Origin: Bacteroidales bacterium
GTDB taxonomy: Bacteria > Bacteroidota > Bacteroidia > Bacteroidales > UBA4417
Length of the DNA: 64,000 bases
Assembly: GCA_016707705.1 (NCBI GenBank)
Contig: JADJHD010000001.1
Location: 382,646-446,645 of the forward strand
Direction: 5' to 3'
Shown here: positions 8,808 to 17,500 of the stretch, piece by piece
Layout: each line of letters opens with the position of its first letter
How positions within the stretch are numbered: the first letter of the stretch is position 1
Notes under the pieces: model-generated
What the model saw: only the letters and a program-made list of their open reading frames with translations
Told to the model about the DNA's origin: nothing
Database searches by the model: none
Program-made: the position numbers and the translations under genes

Positions 8808-11191
8808 TACAGAGGCAACATGAACACCCGGATTATCACTGATGATAACAGGATTGTTTGGATAGGTCTGTTCTGAAAGTTCGCATCCTTGACTTTAATG
8901 AAGTATGAACCAGAAAGCAATGAACCGAAAGAACCGCTGGTTGACCAATGAACTCCATTGTCGATGCTGTAAAGTATATTACCTGTTCCGGTTGCTGTAA
9001 TGGTTATACTTCCATTTGCATTACCACAACTGGCATTGGTGAATGTTACATCTGTTATCTGAGGTCCACCCACACTGTTGATTATGACAGGGTTGTTTGG
9101 ATATATGGATTCGCATAAATTATCCTTGACCCTAATGAGATAAGTGCCTGCATCCAAAGAAGTAAAGGTGTTGGAACCCGACCAGCTTAATCCATCATTG
9201 ATGCTATAAAGCAGAGTCCCTGTTCCGGATGCATTTATGGTAACGTTTCCGTTTGACTGTCCGCAAGTTGCGTCAGTTGAATTGACAGCTATAATCTGAG
9301 GACCGCCAATACTGTTGATTATAACAGGATTATTTGGATAAGTCGCTGTACAATAATCATCTTTCACCTTAACCAGATAATTTCCTGCAGGCAAGGAATT
9401 GAAAGTACCAGAAGCAAACCAATTGATTCCATTATCAATACTGAACGATAAAGTACCTGAGCCGGAAGCTGTTATTGTAATCGTACCGTTCGACTGACCA
9501 CATGTTGCATCTGTTGATATTACACTTGATATCAGAACTCCTCCAAGGTTTTCAATATTTACAGGATTATTTGAATAAATGGTTTCGCAGTTATCATCCT
9601 TAACTCTTACATTGTAGATGCCTGCGGCCAATGCATTGAAGAAACTGCTTGTTGACCAGTTGATTCCATTATTGATGCTGTAGAGTAATGTACCTGTTCC
9701 GGATGCGGTTATTGTGATGCTGCCGTTTGATTGTCCGCAACTCGCATTGGTAGATGTTACGGATGCAATCACCGGACCACCAACGCTGTTGATAATGACA
9801 GGATTGTCAGGGTTAATGGCCTCACATAGATCATCCTTAATCTTTATTGTATAAGATCCGGCAGGTAAAGCATTAAAATTGCCTGATCCTGACCAATTAA
9901 TTCCATTATCAATACTGTATAATAGGGTACCAGTGCCTGAAGCTACTATTGAAATTGTACCGTTTGAAAGTCCGCAACTTGCATCGGTTGAAGCAACTGA
10001 TATTATTTGAGGGCCTCCAATGCTATTTATTATTACTGGATTCCCGGGATACAGTGTCTCACAATTGTTATCCTTCACACGGATAAGATATGACCCTGCC
10101 GGAAGCGAATTGAAAGTGCTATCAGTTGACCAGTTTGCTCCATCATCAATACTAAATAGCAGGCTGCCTGTATTTGTAGAACTAATCACAATACTGCCGT
10201 TTGTTTGGCCACAACTTGCATCTGTAGACAAAACATTCAGAATTTGTGGGCCGCCAATGCTATTGATAATTACAGGATTATTCGGATACACTGATTCGCA
10301 GTCGGAATTTCTAACCTTAATCATGTAAGATCCAGCGGGCAATGAATTAAAGATACTGTCAGTGTACCAGTCTGCACCATCATTGATACTAAACATCATA
10401 GGTGCTGTTCCGGTTGCACTGATTGTAATTATTCCATTGTTTTGTCCACAACTTGCATCAGACGAAGAAACACTTACAATTACAGGGCTTTCAGTACTAT
10501 TAATGATTACCGGATTATTCGGGTATACAGATTCGCAATTGGCATTCTTGACCCTAACCAAATAATTTCCTGCAGAAAGTGAGTCGAAATCACCAGAATT
10601 TGACCAGCTGAATCCATCATCTATGCTGAATAACAGACCCGATCCGGAAGCACTGATTGTAATAATTCCATTTGAAAGTCCGCAACTTGCATCCGAGAAT
10701 GCCACTCCAACAATCTGTGGTCCTCCAAGATTATTGATTATCACAGGATTATTAGGATATACTGATTCGCAGTTGTCATCCTTTATCCTGACAAGGTAGT
10801 TCCCTGCTGCCAATGAATCAAAGGATGAAGAAACAGACCAGTTTGTACCATTGTCAATACTGTATAACAGTGTTCCTGTGCCATTACCTTCAATAATAAT
10901 TGTTCCATTTGAAAGACCACAGCTGGCATCTGTACTCGAGGCAGAGACTATTCCTGGTCCCGCGATGGTATTGATAACCAAAGGATTTTGCACAAATGGA
11001 AGCTCACAGTTTCCATCTTTAATAGTCAACCAGTAACTACCGATTGGAAGGTTATTGAAGATGCTGTCTGAACTCCAGTTTGTTCCGTTATCAATACTGA
11101 ACATCAGATTGCCATTACCTGAGGCGCTGATACTGATAACACCATTATTCAACCCACAAGAAGCATCAGTCTTGACAACAGAAACAAATTG
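8600..11191 (-). repeat. 11 tandem coding repeats of ~78 aa (~234 bp)
   Basis: Unit: S-x-DASCG-[LQ]-SNG-x-ITI-x-ASGTG-x-LLYSIDNG-x-NWS…F-x-SL-x-AG-x-Y-x-[IV]-[KR]-VKD-x-NCE-x-x-YPNNPVIINS-x-GGPQI. I read it 11 times in the translations. The DNA copies are diverged, not identical. Confidence 0.9.
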
Positions 11192-11779
11192 AGGATTCAT
11201 GAAATTGATAATTCTTGAGGATGTAGCAGGCAAGCAACTGTTCCCATTTCCAAGACCATTGGCAGTAAGATTTAACTGAACAGATCCGTTAATCAAATCA
11301 GCTGGTCCAGGAGTATATACCGGATTAATGTTCAGCACATTGTCGAAGGAACCATCGCCTGAACTTGTCCACATTACAGAAGCTGAATTCAAAGCATATG
11401 CACTAGATAATGACAGAGCTGATCCGGAACATAAAATAGTATCGTTGCCGGCATAAGCCAAAGGCTGAGCAAATACTTCTATCGTGCCAAGTTCCAGCGT
11501 TGCATCGCAGGCATTGGAAGAATGTTGGATAGCAGTGAGATAGTATAATCCAGGGGACATATTCCAGCTAATCTGAACTGTATCAGCATTTGAAGGCAGG
11601 GTTACTATTGAACCTGACTGCTCCCTTATCTCCCAAGTATAGGTAGACTGTGGTTCACCATCTATTCGATACCTTCGGATTGAACCGGTACATACCTTGT
11701 CAATACTATACTGAGCTGTCACCTGAAATGCCAGGAGCAGTTGTATAGTCAACAATAAGTATTTCAATCCGTTAGTCAT
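8807..11779 (-). CDS. N-terminal fragment of the adhesin: signal peptide, PKD-like head, AG-x-D module, 10 tandem 78-aa repeats
   Basis: Signal peptide MTNGLKYLLLTIQLLLAFQVTAQ. Repeats are listed under the repeat feature. The ORF ends in out-of-frame junk (FQNRPIQTILLSSVIIRVFMLPL) right where the repeat consensus expects CE-x-x-YPNNPVII. Confidence 0.9.
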   Translation of the reverse strand: MTNGLKYLLLTIQLLLAFQVTAQYSIDKVCTGSIRRYRIDGEPQSTYTWEIREQSGSIVTLPSNADTVQISWNMSPGLYYLTAIQHSSNACDATLELGTIEVFAQPLAYAGNDTILCSGSALSLSSAYALNSASVMWTSSGDGSFDNVLNINPVYTPGPADLINGSVQLNLTANGLGNGNSCLPATSSRIINFMNPQFVSVVKTDASCGLNNGVISISASGNGNLMFSIDNGTNWSSDSIFNNLPIGSYWLTIKDGNCELPFVQNPLVINTIAGPGIVSASSTDASCGLSNGTIIIEGNGTGTLLYSIDNGTNWSVSSSFDSLAAGNYLVRIKDDNCESVYPNNPVIINNLGGPQIVGVAFSDASCGLSNGIITISASGSGLLFSIDDGFSWSNSGDFDSLSAGNYLVRVKNANCESVYPNNPVIINSTESPVIVSVSSSDASCGQNNGIITISATGTAPMMFSINDGADWYTDSIFNSLPAGSYMIKVRNSDCESVYPNNPVIINSIGGPQILNVLSTDASCGQTNGSIVISSTNTGSLLFSIDDGANWSTDSTFNSLPAGSYLIRVKDNNCETLYPGNPVIINSIGGPQIISVASTDASCGLSNGTISIVASGTGTLLYSIDNGINWSGSGNFNALPAGSYTIKIKDDLCEAINPDNPVIINSVGGPVIASVTSTNASCGQSNGSITITASGTGTLLYSINNGINWSTSSFFNALAAGIYNVRVKDDNCETIYSNNPVNIENLGGVLISSVISTDATCGQSNGTITITASGSGTLSFSIDNGINWFASGTFNSLPAGNYLVKVKDDYCTATYPNNPVIINSIGGPQIIAVNSTDATCGQSNGNVTINASGTGTLLYSINDGLSWSGSNTFTSLDAGTYLIRVKDNLCESIYPNNPVIINSVGGPQITDVTFTNASCGNANGSITITATGTGNILYSIDNGVHWSTSGSFGSLLSGSYFIKVKDANFQNRPIQTILLSSVIIRVFMLPL

Positions 11780-11795
11780 CTCAATATTATATTTA

Positions 11796-12440
11796 CTAGT
11801 ATTGGTAAATATGTGAACTTACAGGTCTTGGCTTCACCATTAGTTGTACTGGCAGGCCGGGTATTGAATTGGTTCCATTCATATCAGTAACCTGCATGAT
11901 TTGGTAATTAGTTGTGGATGTTGGATTTACCAAAAGCATTGCAGGACTGCTTGTAATATTATCGTACACAATAGTATTAGATCCATCAGATAGGGTTATA
12001 CTCCAGGGCCCCAAACCAGTCAGAGTTACCTGAAGTTGTGTCGAATCGCCAGTACAAATTGGGTTAGGAGCAGCAATTACTGCTGTTGGAAGTGAGGATT
12101 GAACAGTAGCCTTACCGATTCGGTAGTTCATGCAACCCTGGTCGCTATGGATTATTATCTTGTAGAAGTACACTCCCGACTTCTTCCATAATACATCAAC
12201 TGTCGCCTGATCAGGTGAGCTTATGTATTGAATTTCATCATTGGTTGCCAATGTGGTAAGGTCTGTTTCATCATAGATAATCCATTCATAGGTATAACCG
12301 GGAGTTGGTTGTACACCCAATGTATAGGTTTGTCCTTCAGAAATAACAATTCCTGACTGGGCTACTCCTCGCAGAGAACCCAGGAACACTGGTAAGAATA
12401 CCAGCATTACACGGAATATATTATTTAAGGACAATTTCAT
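11796..12440 (-). CDS. Secreted two-domain PKD/Ig-like protein, no recognisable T9SS CTD
   Basis: Signal peptide MKLSLNNIFRVMLVFLPVFLGSLRGVAQ. The head domain carries the Y-x-[LV]…Y-x-W…G-x-Y…C pattern shared with the neighbouring genes. Ends MVKPRPVSSHIYQY. Its stop is 16 nt upstream of the next gene's start (11779). Confidence 0.75.
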   Translation of the reverse strand: MKLSLNNIFRVMLVFLPVFLGSLRGVAQSGIVISEGQTYTLGVQPTPGYTYEWIIYDETDLTTLATNDEIQYISSPDQATVDVLWKKSGVYFYKIIIHSDQGCMNYRIGKATVQSSLPTAVIAAPNPICTGDSTQLQVTLTGLGPWSITLSDGSNTIVYDNITSSPAMLLVNPTSTTNYQIMQVTDMNGTNSIPGLPVQLMVKPRPVSSHIYQY

Positions 12441-13175
12441 CTATTAATTCTATTACACACCTGTTTAATAACTACTTAATCAGTGTTATTTAAGGCAATA
12501 CTTAAACATAACCAAACAGATTTCTCCGCTCGTTTAAAGACATGGTTCTTCCATTCCCGGTTAATAACCAGGTTGACAATTGCCGCCAATATCAGTGTCG
12601 GCCCTCGACTATTCGGGATAAGGTCACTTCTGGGCCTTCCCCTGTTCCTGTTTTGGAGTACGGGCGGACTACTCCCGGTAAACAACCGGTCTGGACTGTT
12701 TTCCATCCATATATATATTAATAAGGTGGTACATATGAGCTTATATCCCAAGCCGTCACCAGCTTGATGAATACAACCAATCAATGCCTAATTGCAAGTC
12801 AAACTCATAGTTTCTCTTGCTTGTGCACTATCCGGGATCGTATGCACCCATGCAGGCACATATACCCATGATCGATATTGTGAACAATTCACCAGTGTTT
12901 ATCCAACAAGAAAAACAACTTGGAAGAACTTACCGGTAAAATTGTTGCAGGCAGAAATTTCCAGGAAACATGTTTCCGGACAGGATTCGCATTATCCTTA
13001 TGCAGCAAGGCATCCGGCAATCAGATTGCAGCCGGCATTTACCTATGCATTCACAGGATGAACGATCAGAAGTTGTTCATACAGATGCTATTCTCCAGAC
13101 CCGCATCTTCGGCCAGGGAAAGATATTCCCTGGCCGAAAAGGGTCAGAAAAAGCAAACTTTATGAATAAGACTTG
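12441..13175. other. GC-rich, ORF-free, hairpin-dense 735-bp spacer: candidate structured ncRNA or long leader (family unknown)
   Basis: The track gives only mutually overlapping 80-100-aa ORFs on both strands, with no recognisable motifs. Hand-counted G+C is 35-53% per 60-nt line (mean about 45%), against 15-30% in the other intergenic lines I counted. Multiple stems: 13108-13138, 13058-13080, 13014-13035, 12823-12847, 12655-12675, 12675-12689. Palindrome at 12964-12977. Confidence 0.35.
13108..13138 (-). terminator. Perfect 12-bp GC-rich hairpin 38 nt after the stop of the 372-aa gene (attenuator/terminator or RNA-stabilising stem; no U-tract)
   Basis: TTCGGCCAGGGA-aagatat-TCCCTGGCCGAA. 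No T-run follows the stem on either strand, so it is not a canonical intrinsic terminator. Confidence 0.35.
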
Positions 13176-14294
13176 TTATGGTCTAACAGGCAAGAATGGC
13201 AGTACTGGCAATCCAGTATTGCTGATCACGTCTGGTCTGGCTTTAAGTGTCTGAGTTGCAATATCATTTGCAAATGCATCAATCCATGGACAGGTAGATG
13301 GTGTTCCACCGGCATCGGTGTGAACGTCGCCTACACCTGTGCCAGCTGCTGGAACTGTAACTCCATCAACAGCAAGCAATATGGTTTGATCTGTCAGACC
13401 CAAGGCTGAAGGAGTAACAAGATCGGAATGGTCCAAGGTAACCCGGATGTATATTGATTGTCCGGCTGAACCGACAAATGACCCTGAAGCAGGTGTTACT
13501 GTAGCTGTTGTAGTATACAGTCCACCACCAGCATCTGTCATTGCAACTGGCGTTGTCCAGGCAGCATCGGTGGAGAACTCAACAGTTATACGCTCAAGCG
13601 GATCATAACCGGAGAGCATCACACTCGGCCTCCAGGCTTCTGACCAGTTGGCAGCGACAACTTCATAATAGAGTACATCCTGTCCAAAGTCATATAAGAT
13701 ACCATCATCTCCTGCTCCAACTGAACTTTCAGGAACATAAGTAGATGAAACGATATCTGAGATGCAACGAGGAATGTCGGTTCCATAACCAGGCTGTGTA
13801 ACCTGTGTTGCATTCTGGTTTGCTATATCCAGAGTAAATGCATTGAGTGGCTGAATCTTGTAGACTTTAAGATTCTGGGATACACACGCATCAGTTCCGG
13901 ATGAAGTATTTTTAACCTGGATGACTACAAATACAGGCTGTGCTGGATTGTAGGCAAAACTCTTCCAGGTGAGTGAAAGTTGTGCAGTTCCGGTAGCAGG
14001 ATCATTGTAGCCTGTTCCGGTTGCAGCAAGAAGAGAACTGGCAGGAACAGACTCACGATTTGCTGTGAGGGTTCCGGCTGCAATAAAATTAGGATCCTGG
14101 GTTACAAACCAGAGGTATTCCTTAGTACCCGGAGGGGTTGGAACATTAACCTCATATGTGTATGGATTTCCAGGAATAGGATGCAAAGCATCTGCGGAAA
14201 GACAGGTCACTGGCCTTGGAGCCAACTGACCATAGGACGAGCTAATGCCAACTGCAAAAATAACAGCTAACAAAACGAGAATTTGCTTTTTCAT
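13176..14294 (-). CDS. Secreted Ala/Thr/Gly/Pro-rich 372-aa protein of unknown function (PKD-like head), no recognisable CTD
   Basis: ORF 13176..14411. The likely start is the Met at 14294, which gives signal peptide MKKQILVLLAVIFAVGISSSYGQ. Coding G+C is about 47-52% in the lines I counted, higher than the flanking adhesins (about 37%). Preceded by a 269-bp AT-rich spacer and followed by a strong hairpin. Ends …LKARPDVISNTGLPVLPFLPVRP. Confidence 0.8.
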   Translation of the reverse strand: MKKQILVLLAVIFAVGISSSYGQLAPRPVTCLSADALHPIPGNPYTYEVNVPTPPGTKEYLWFVTQDPNFIAAGTLTANRESVPASSLLAATGTGYNDPATGTAQLSLTWKSFAYNPAQPVFVVIQVKNTSSGTDACVSQNLKVYKIQPLNAFTLDIANQNATQVTQPGYGTDIPRCISDIVSSTYVPESSVGAGDDGILYDFGQDVLYYEVVAANWSEAWRPSVMLSGYDPLERITVEFSTDAAWTTPVAMTDAGGGLYTTTATVTPASGSFVGSAGQSIYIRVTLDHSDLVTPSALGLTDQTILLAVDGVTVPAAGTGVGDVHTDAGGTPSTCPWIDAFANDIATQTLKARPDVISNTGLPVLPFLPVRP

Positions 14295-14563
14295 GTTTTT
14301 AGATTTAAGAGTTGTTTTGAAGTAATTACAAGTTTTCTTTTTTAATGTAGTTTTAAGTTGTTTTAAGTGATTTACTTGTTTTGACTGTAGAGTTGAATCC
14401 ATTTTAATCACTGCTTTTGTTTCATAGGCTACTTAATTGGTTTATAATAATTTGAGAAATCAAAATCTTTGTTGGACAATGTTGAATTACATTGATTGCC
14501 CATGATGTTTTGATGACAATCGGATGCGGTACATCTGTTTTAAGTTTTTCATGGTTCGAACTA

Positions 14564-17500
14564 TTATTGTTTTATGATATTAGGTCGTGGTTTAACTGTG
14601 AGCTGAACTGTTTTTTGAGCAGAGGAGTTCCCACTACTATCAATTAACCAATAGGTTATGGTATGAATCACATTTACCAAAGGATCTCCAGGCAACCTGA
14701 TTTCACCTGAATAAAGTGACACTGCTCCTACTCCACTGATAGGAACAGGATTTCCTCCATTGAAGTCAATTCTCCAATGAAGGACAAGTGAGCCTGTTGG
14801 CGTACAATTGTCAGTAAAACTCGAGGGATCAGGGCTGAGATTTGCCTTATCTGCAGGAGTTAAAATGTAATATTCAGGCCTGTCAGGCGTGATATCAGTA
14901 GTAGGGTCAAAGAAGGTTGCATCTATGATATCTATTACACAATATGACTGAGGAGCAGGTGCTATAAAATCAGGGGGTTCCTGATCTAGTACAATAATTG
15001 TTTGCAAACAGGTATCTGCACCTGAAGCATTGGTACCAATCCACATGATAATTGTTGTTCCCAGGTTAAACTGGTAAGGATTTGGCAATACAGAACCAGT
15101 TCCTGAACCAGTGGTGGCTCCTGTCATATTCCAGCTAATTGTAACTCCAAGGCCCTGTGATATGGTTGGTTGACCTGGATCTACCATTGCATTGCACAAG
15201 CCCGTTATTGCACCTACAGTGATATTTGCAGGACATAGAATTAGAGGTGGATCATTTTGAGTTATAGTAATAGTGAACAAGCATGATGAACTGTTCCCAC
15301 AGACATCAGTTATTGTGTATGTTATCTGGGTTATTCCAATATTGAACTGGTATGGTGAACTGATTATTCCAGATCCTGACGCATTTGTAGCTCCTGACAT
15401 TGACCAGCCTATAAGCATTCCGGCAGCAGATGAACAATCATCAGAGTATACAGGTGCAGATAATGCAATGGTTCCGTATGTTTGACCGGGATCAGATGGA
15501 GAATTTATATTAGCAGGACATGCAACAACTGGAGCTGTAATATCCTCAATTACAATCTCCTCCTGACTAATAGCAGTGCAACCATAAGTATTGCTTGCCA
15601 TCAATGTCAAAAGGAAAAGATCATTGCACGAGTTTCCTGCAGTTATATTTACACTTACCTGATTGGATTGTCCTGAAATTGCACCATTGCCTGAAATAGT
15701 CCAGGCATAGCCATTCATGGCTGGAGGTCCACTATAAATATTGCCGGTGGAATTAGGACATACAGGAGAGCTGCCTGTTATGTAGTTAACCGGAAGTGTA
15801 TGAACCTGAATCGTATAGCTGCTATTTAATGTACTTGAGCAACCCAGTGATGATGTGACACCAACCAAATTATAGATAAAAGTTCCTGCCGAACCAGTAG
15901 GAACTAATATGTAGGCAGTATTCCCGGAATTGGTTGTAACTACCTGATTCGCACCTCCATTTATATTATATGTAAATGTGTAAGGTGCTACTCCTCCCGT
16001 TCCGATAATTTGCAATTCACCAGGAAGTGAAAATTGACACAAATCGTGAGGACCTGCAAAACTGGCACCAGGCAAAGAATTGAGATGTACTTCAACTGTT
16101 CCGGTGGTTGGAGTACAACCATAACCATCAGTGACTGTTAAAGTATAAATACCTTGATTTGGAGCTTGAACATTGGGAATTATTGGATCCTGCAGGTTTG
16201 AAGTGAATCCATTTGGACCTGTCCACGAGAATGAAATCGGAGGACGACCACCTACAATATTTGCCAATAATTGAACAGTCTCACCAATACAATATGAACC
16301 GCTCGTAGTATAGGAAGGACTAATTGTAAATGGTATCTGTGCCAGGGTTCCAAAGGAAATATCATCCAGTCCGAAATCATTTCCATTTGCTGATGTGTTA
16401 AGGTCCAAAATTTCTATCACTGCGGTTGTAGCGGATCCTGAATTCCATGATCCATAAAATCGATCCTTATCCTGCCATGGGTTGGTAAGTATATTCTGAC
16501 CTGATGTCAGATAGGCTATTGTACCCACCTGTGCTCCATTTACTGAAAATTGCAGTTCTGCATATGGAGCAACATTATTCAAGCTTATAGCCCAGGCTGA
16601 AAAATAGTAATCTGTATTTGGCAGAACGGTAACTGTTTCACGCCAGACATATGGTTGTGGGGCAAATTTCGCCCCGTTTACAATCAAGAAGTTATTATTC
16701 CCTGTTCCTGACCCATTAGTATGGTCATATCCCCAAAAGTTGGTATGGGTGTAATGAGCATTACTGTTTATAGCATATTCACTCTCAGGTGCAATCAAGC
16801 CATTCGCGGTAGGATCATATGAATAGCCTGAAGTAAATCCGCTATTCCCAGTGGAGAAATCCCCATTTACAACAAGCTCAGTAGATACTGAAAGAAATGC
16901 AGTTGCAGAACAACCATCGGAATTAGTGACAGTTACACTATACATACCTGCAACATCTACATAAATTTCCTGAGTACTCTCTCCTGTATTCCAGTAGTAT
17001 GTCTCTGCAGGACTGCTAGTCAATTTTATTTTTCCGGGAGAGGAACAATAGTCTGCATTAATAACCGGATCAGGCACAGGTAAAGTACTGACTGAAACTG
17101 TTGCACTATTCCCGCAAAGGGTAGCTGAATTTACATAAGTAACAGTATAATTTGTTGTTACAGTGACAGGAACATTTATAGGATTCGCAAGGTTAGAAGT
17201 AAATCCGGGAGGATCTGAAATCCAGGAAATCTGGGCAGTTACGCTTGGAGTGCCAGTCAGGCTAACATTATCTATTCCCCAATATCGTCCCCTGTTTGAA
17301 CCGCAGTAATAATTGAACCTGAGTTGAAAGTTGGAGGAGTTTATATAGGACGCACCCAGATTTATTGACTCATTCTGGAAGGATCCCGCTGATCCCCTGT
17401 CATTATTGTAAGTAGCAACTGTCGTCCAGGTTGACCCACCGTTTGTTGTAACCTCAACTTTTGCATATTCACCTGATGTACTATTATAATCATAGTATTG

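Larger units (their letters stand above)
6985..11779 (-). pseudogene. Single ~1,600-codon T9SS type-B-CTD adhesin gene interrupted by two 1-nt frameshifts (real or sequencing artefacts)
   Basis: The three ORFs above join into one continuous repeat protein if 1 nt is added in the T-run at 8876-8878 (minus strand TTT) and 1 nt in the C-run near 8601-8603. The protein has a signal peptide at one end and a type B CTD at the other. Confidence 0.7.

Noticed and set aside
8600-11191. Regular ~234-bp periodicity, considered as a CRISPR array or satellite.
   Set aside because: The repeats are in frame, coding and diverged, with no short identical repeats separated by unique spacers. No cas genes are in the window.
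12544-12930. 9-bp inverted repeat GTTCTTCCA (12545) / TGGAAGAAC (12921), considered as the ends of an invertible promoter.
   Set aside because: A 9-bp inverted match within ~700 bp is expected by chance about once. No site-specific recombinase gene is nearby.
12476-13409. ORFs 12476..12784(-), 12483..12767(+), 12792..13061(+), 12920..13165(+), 12970..13254(+) and 13173..13409(+), considered as possible small genes in the spacer.
   Set aside because: They overlap one another on both strands and in several frames. That is what a GC-richer non-coding stretch produces by chance. There are no recognisable motifs, signal peptides or sensible starts. The region is treated instead as a candidate RNA or leader.
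12441-14294. Diversity-generating retroelement (template/variable repeat pair) involving the 372-aa gene's C-terminus and the adjacent spacer.
   Set aside because: No reverse transcriptase gene is in the window. I could find no extended similarity between the 3' end of the gene (13176-13500) and the spacer.
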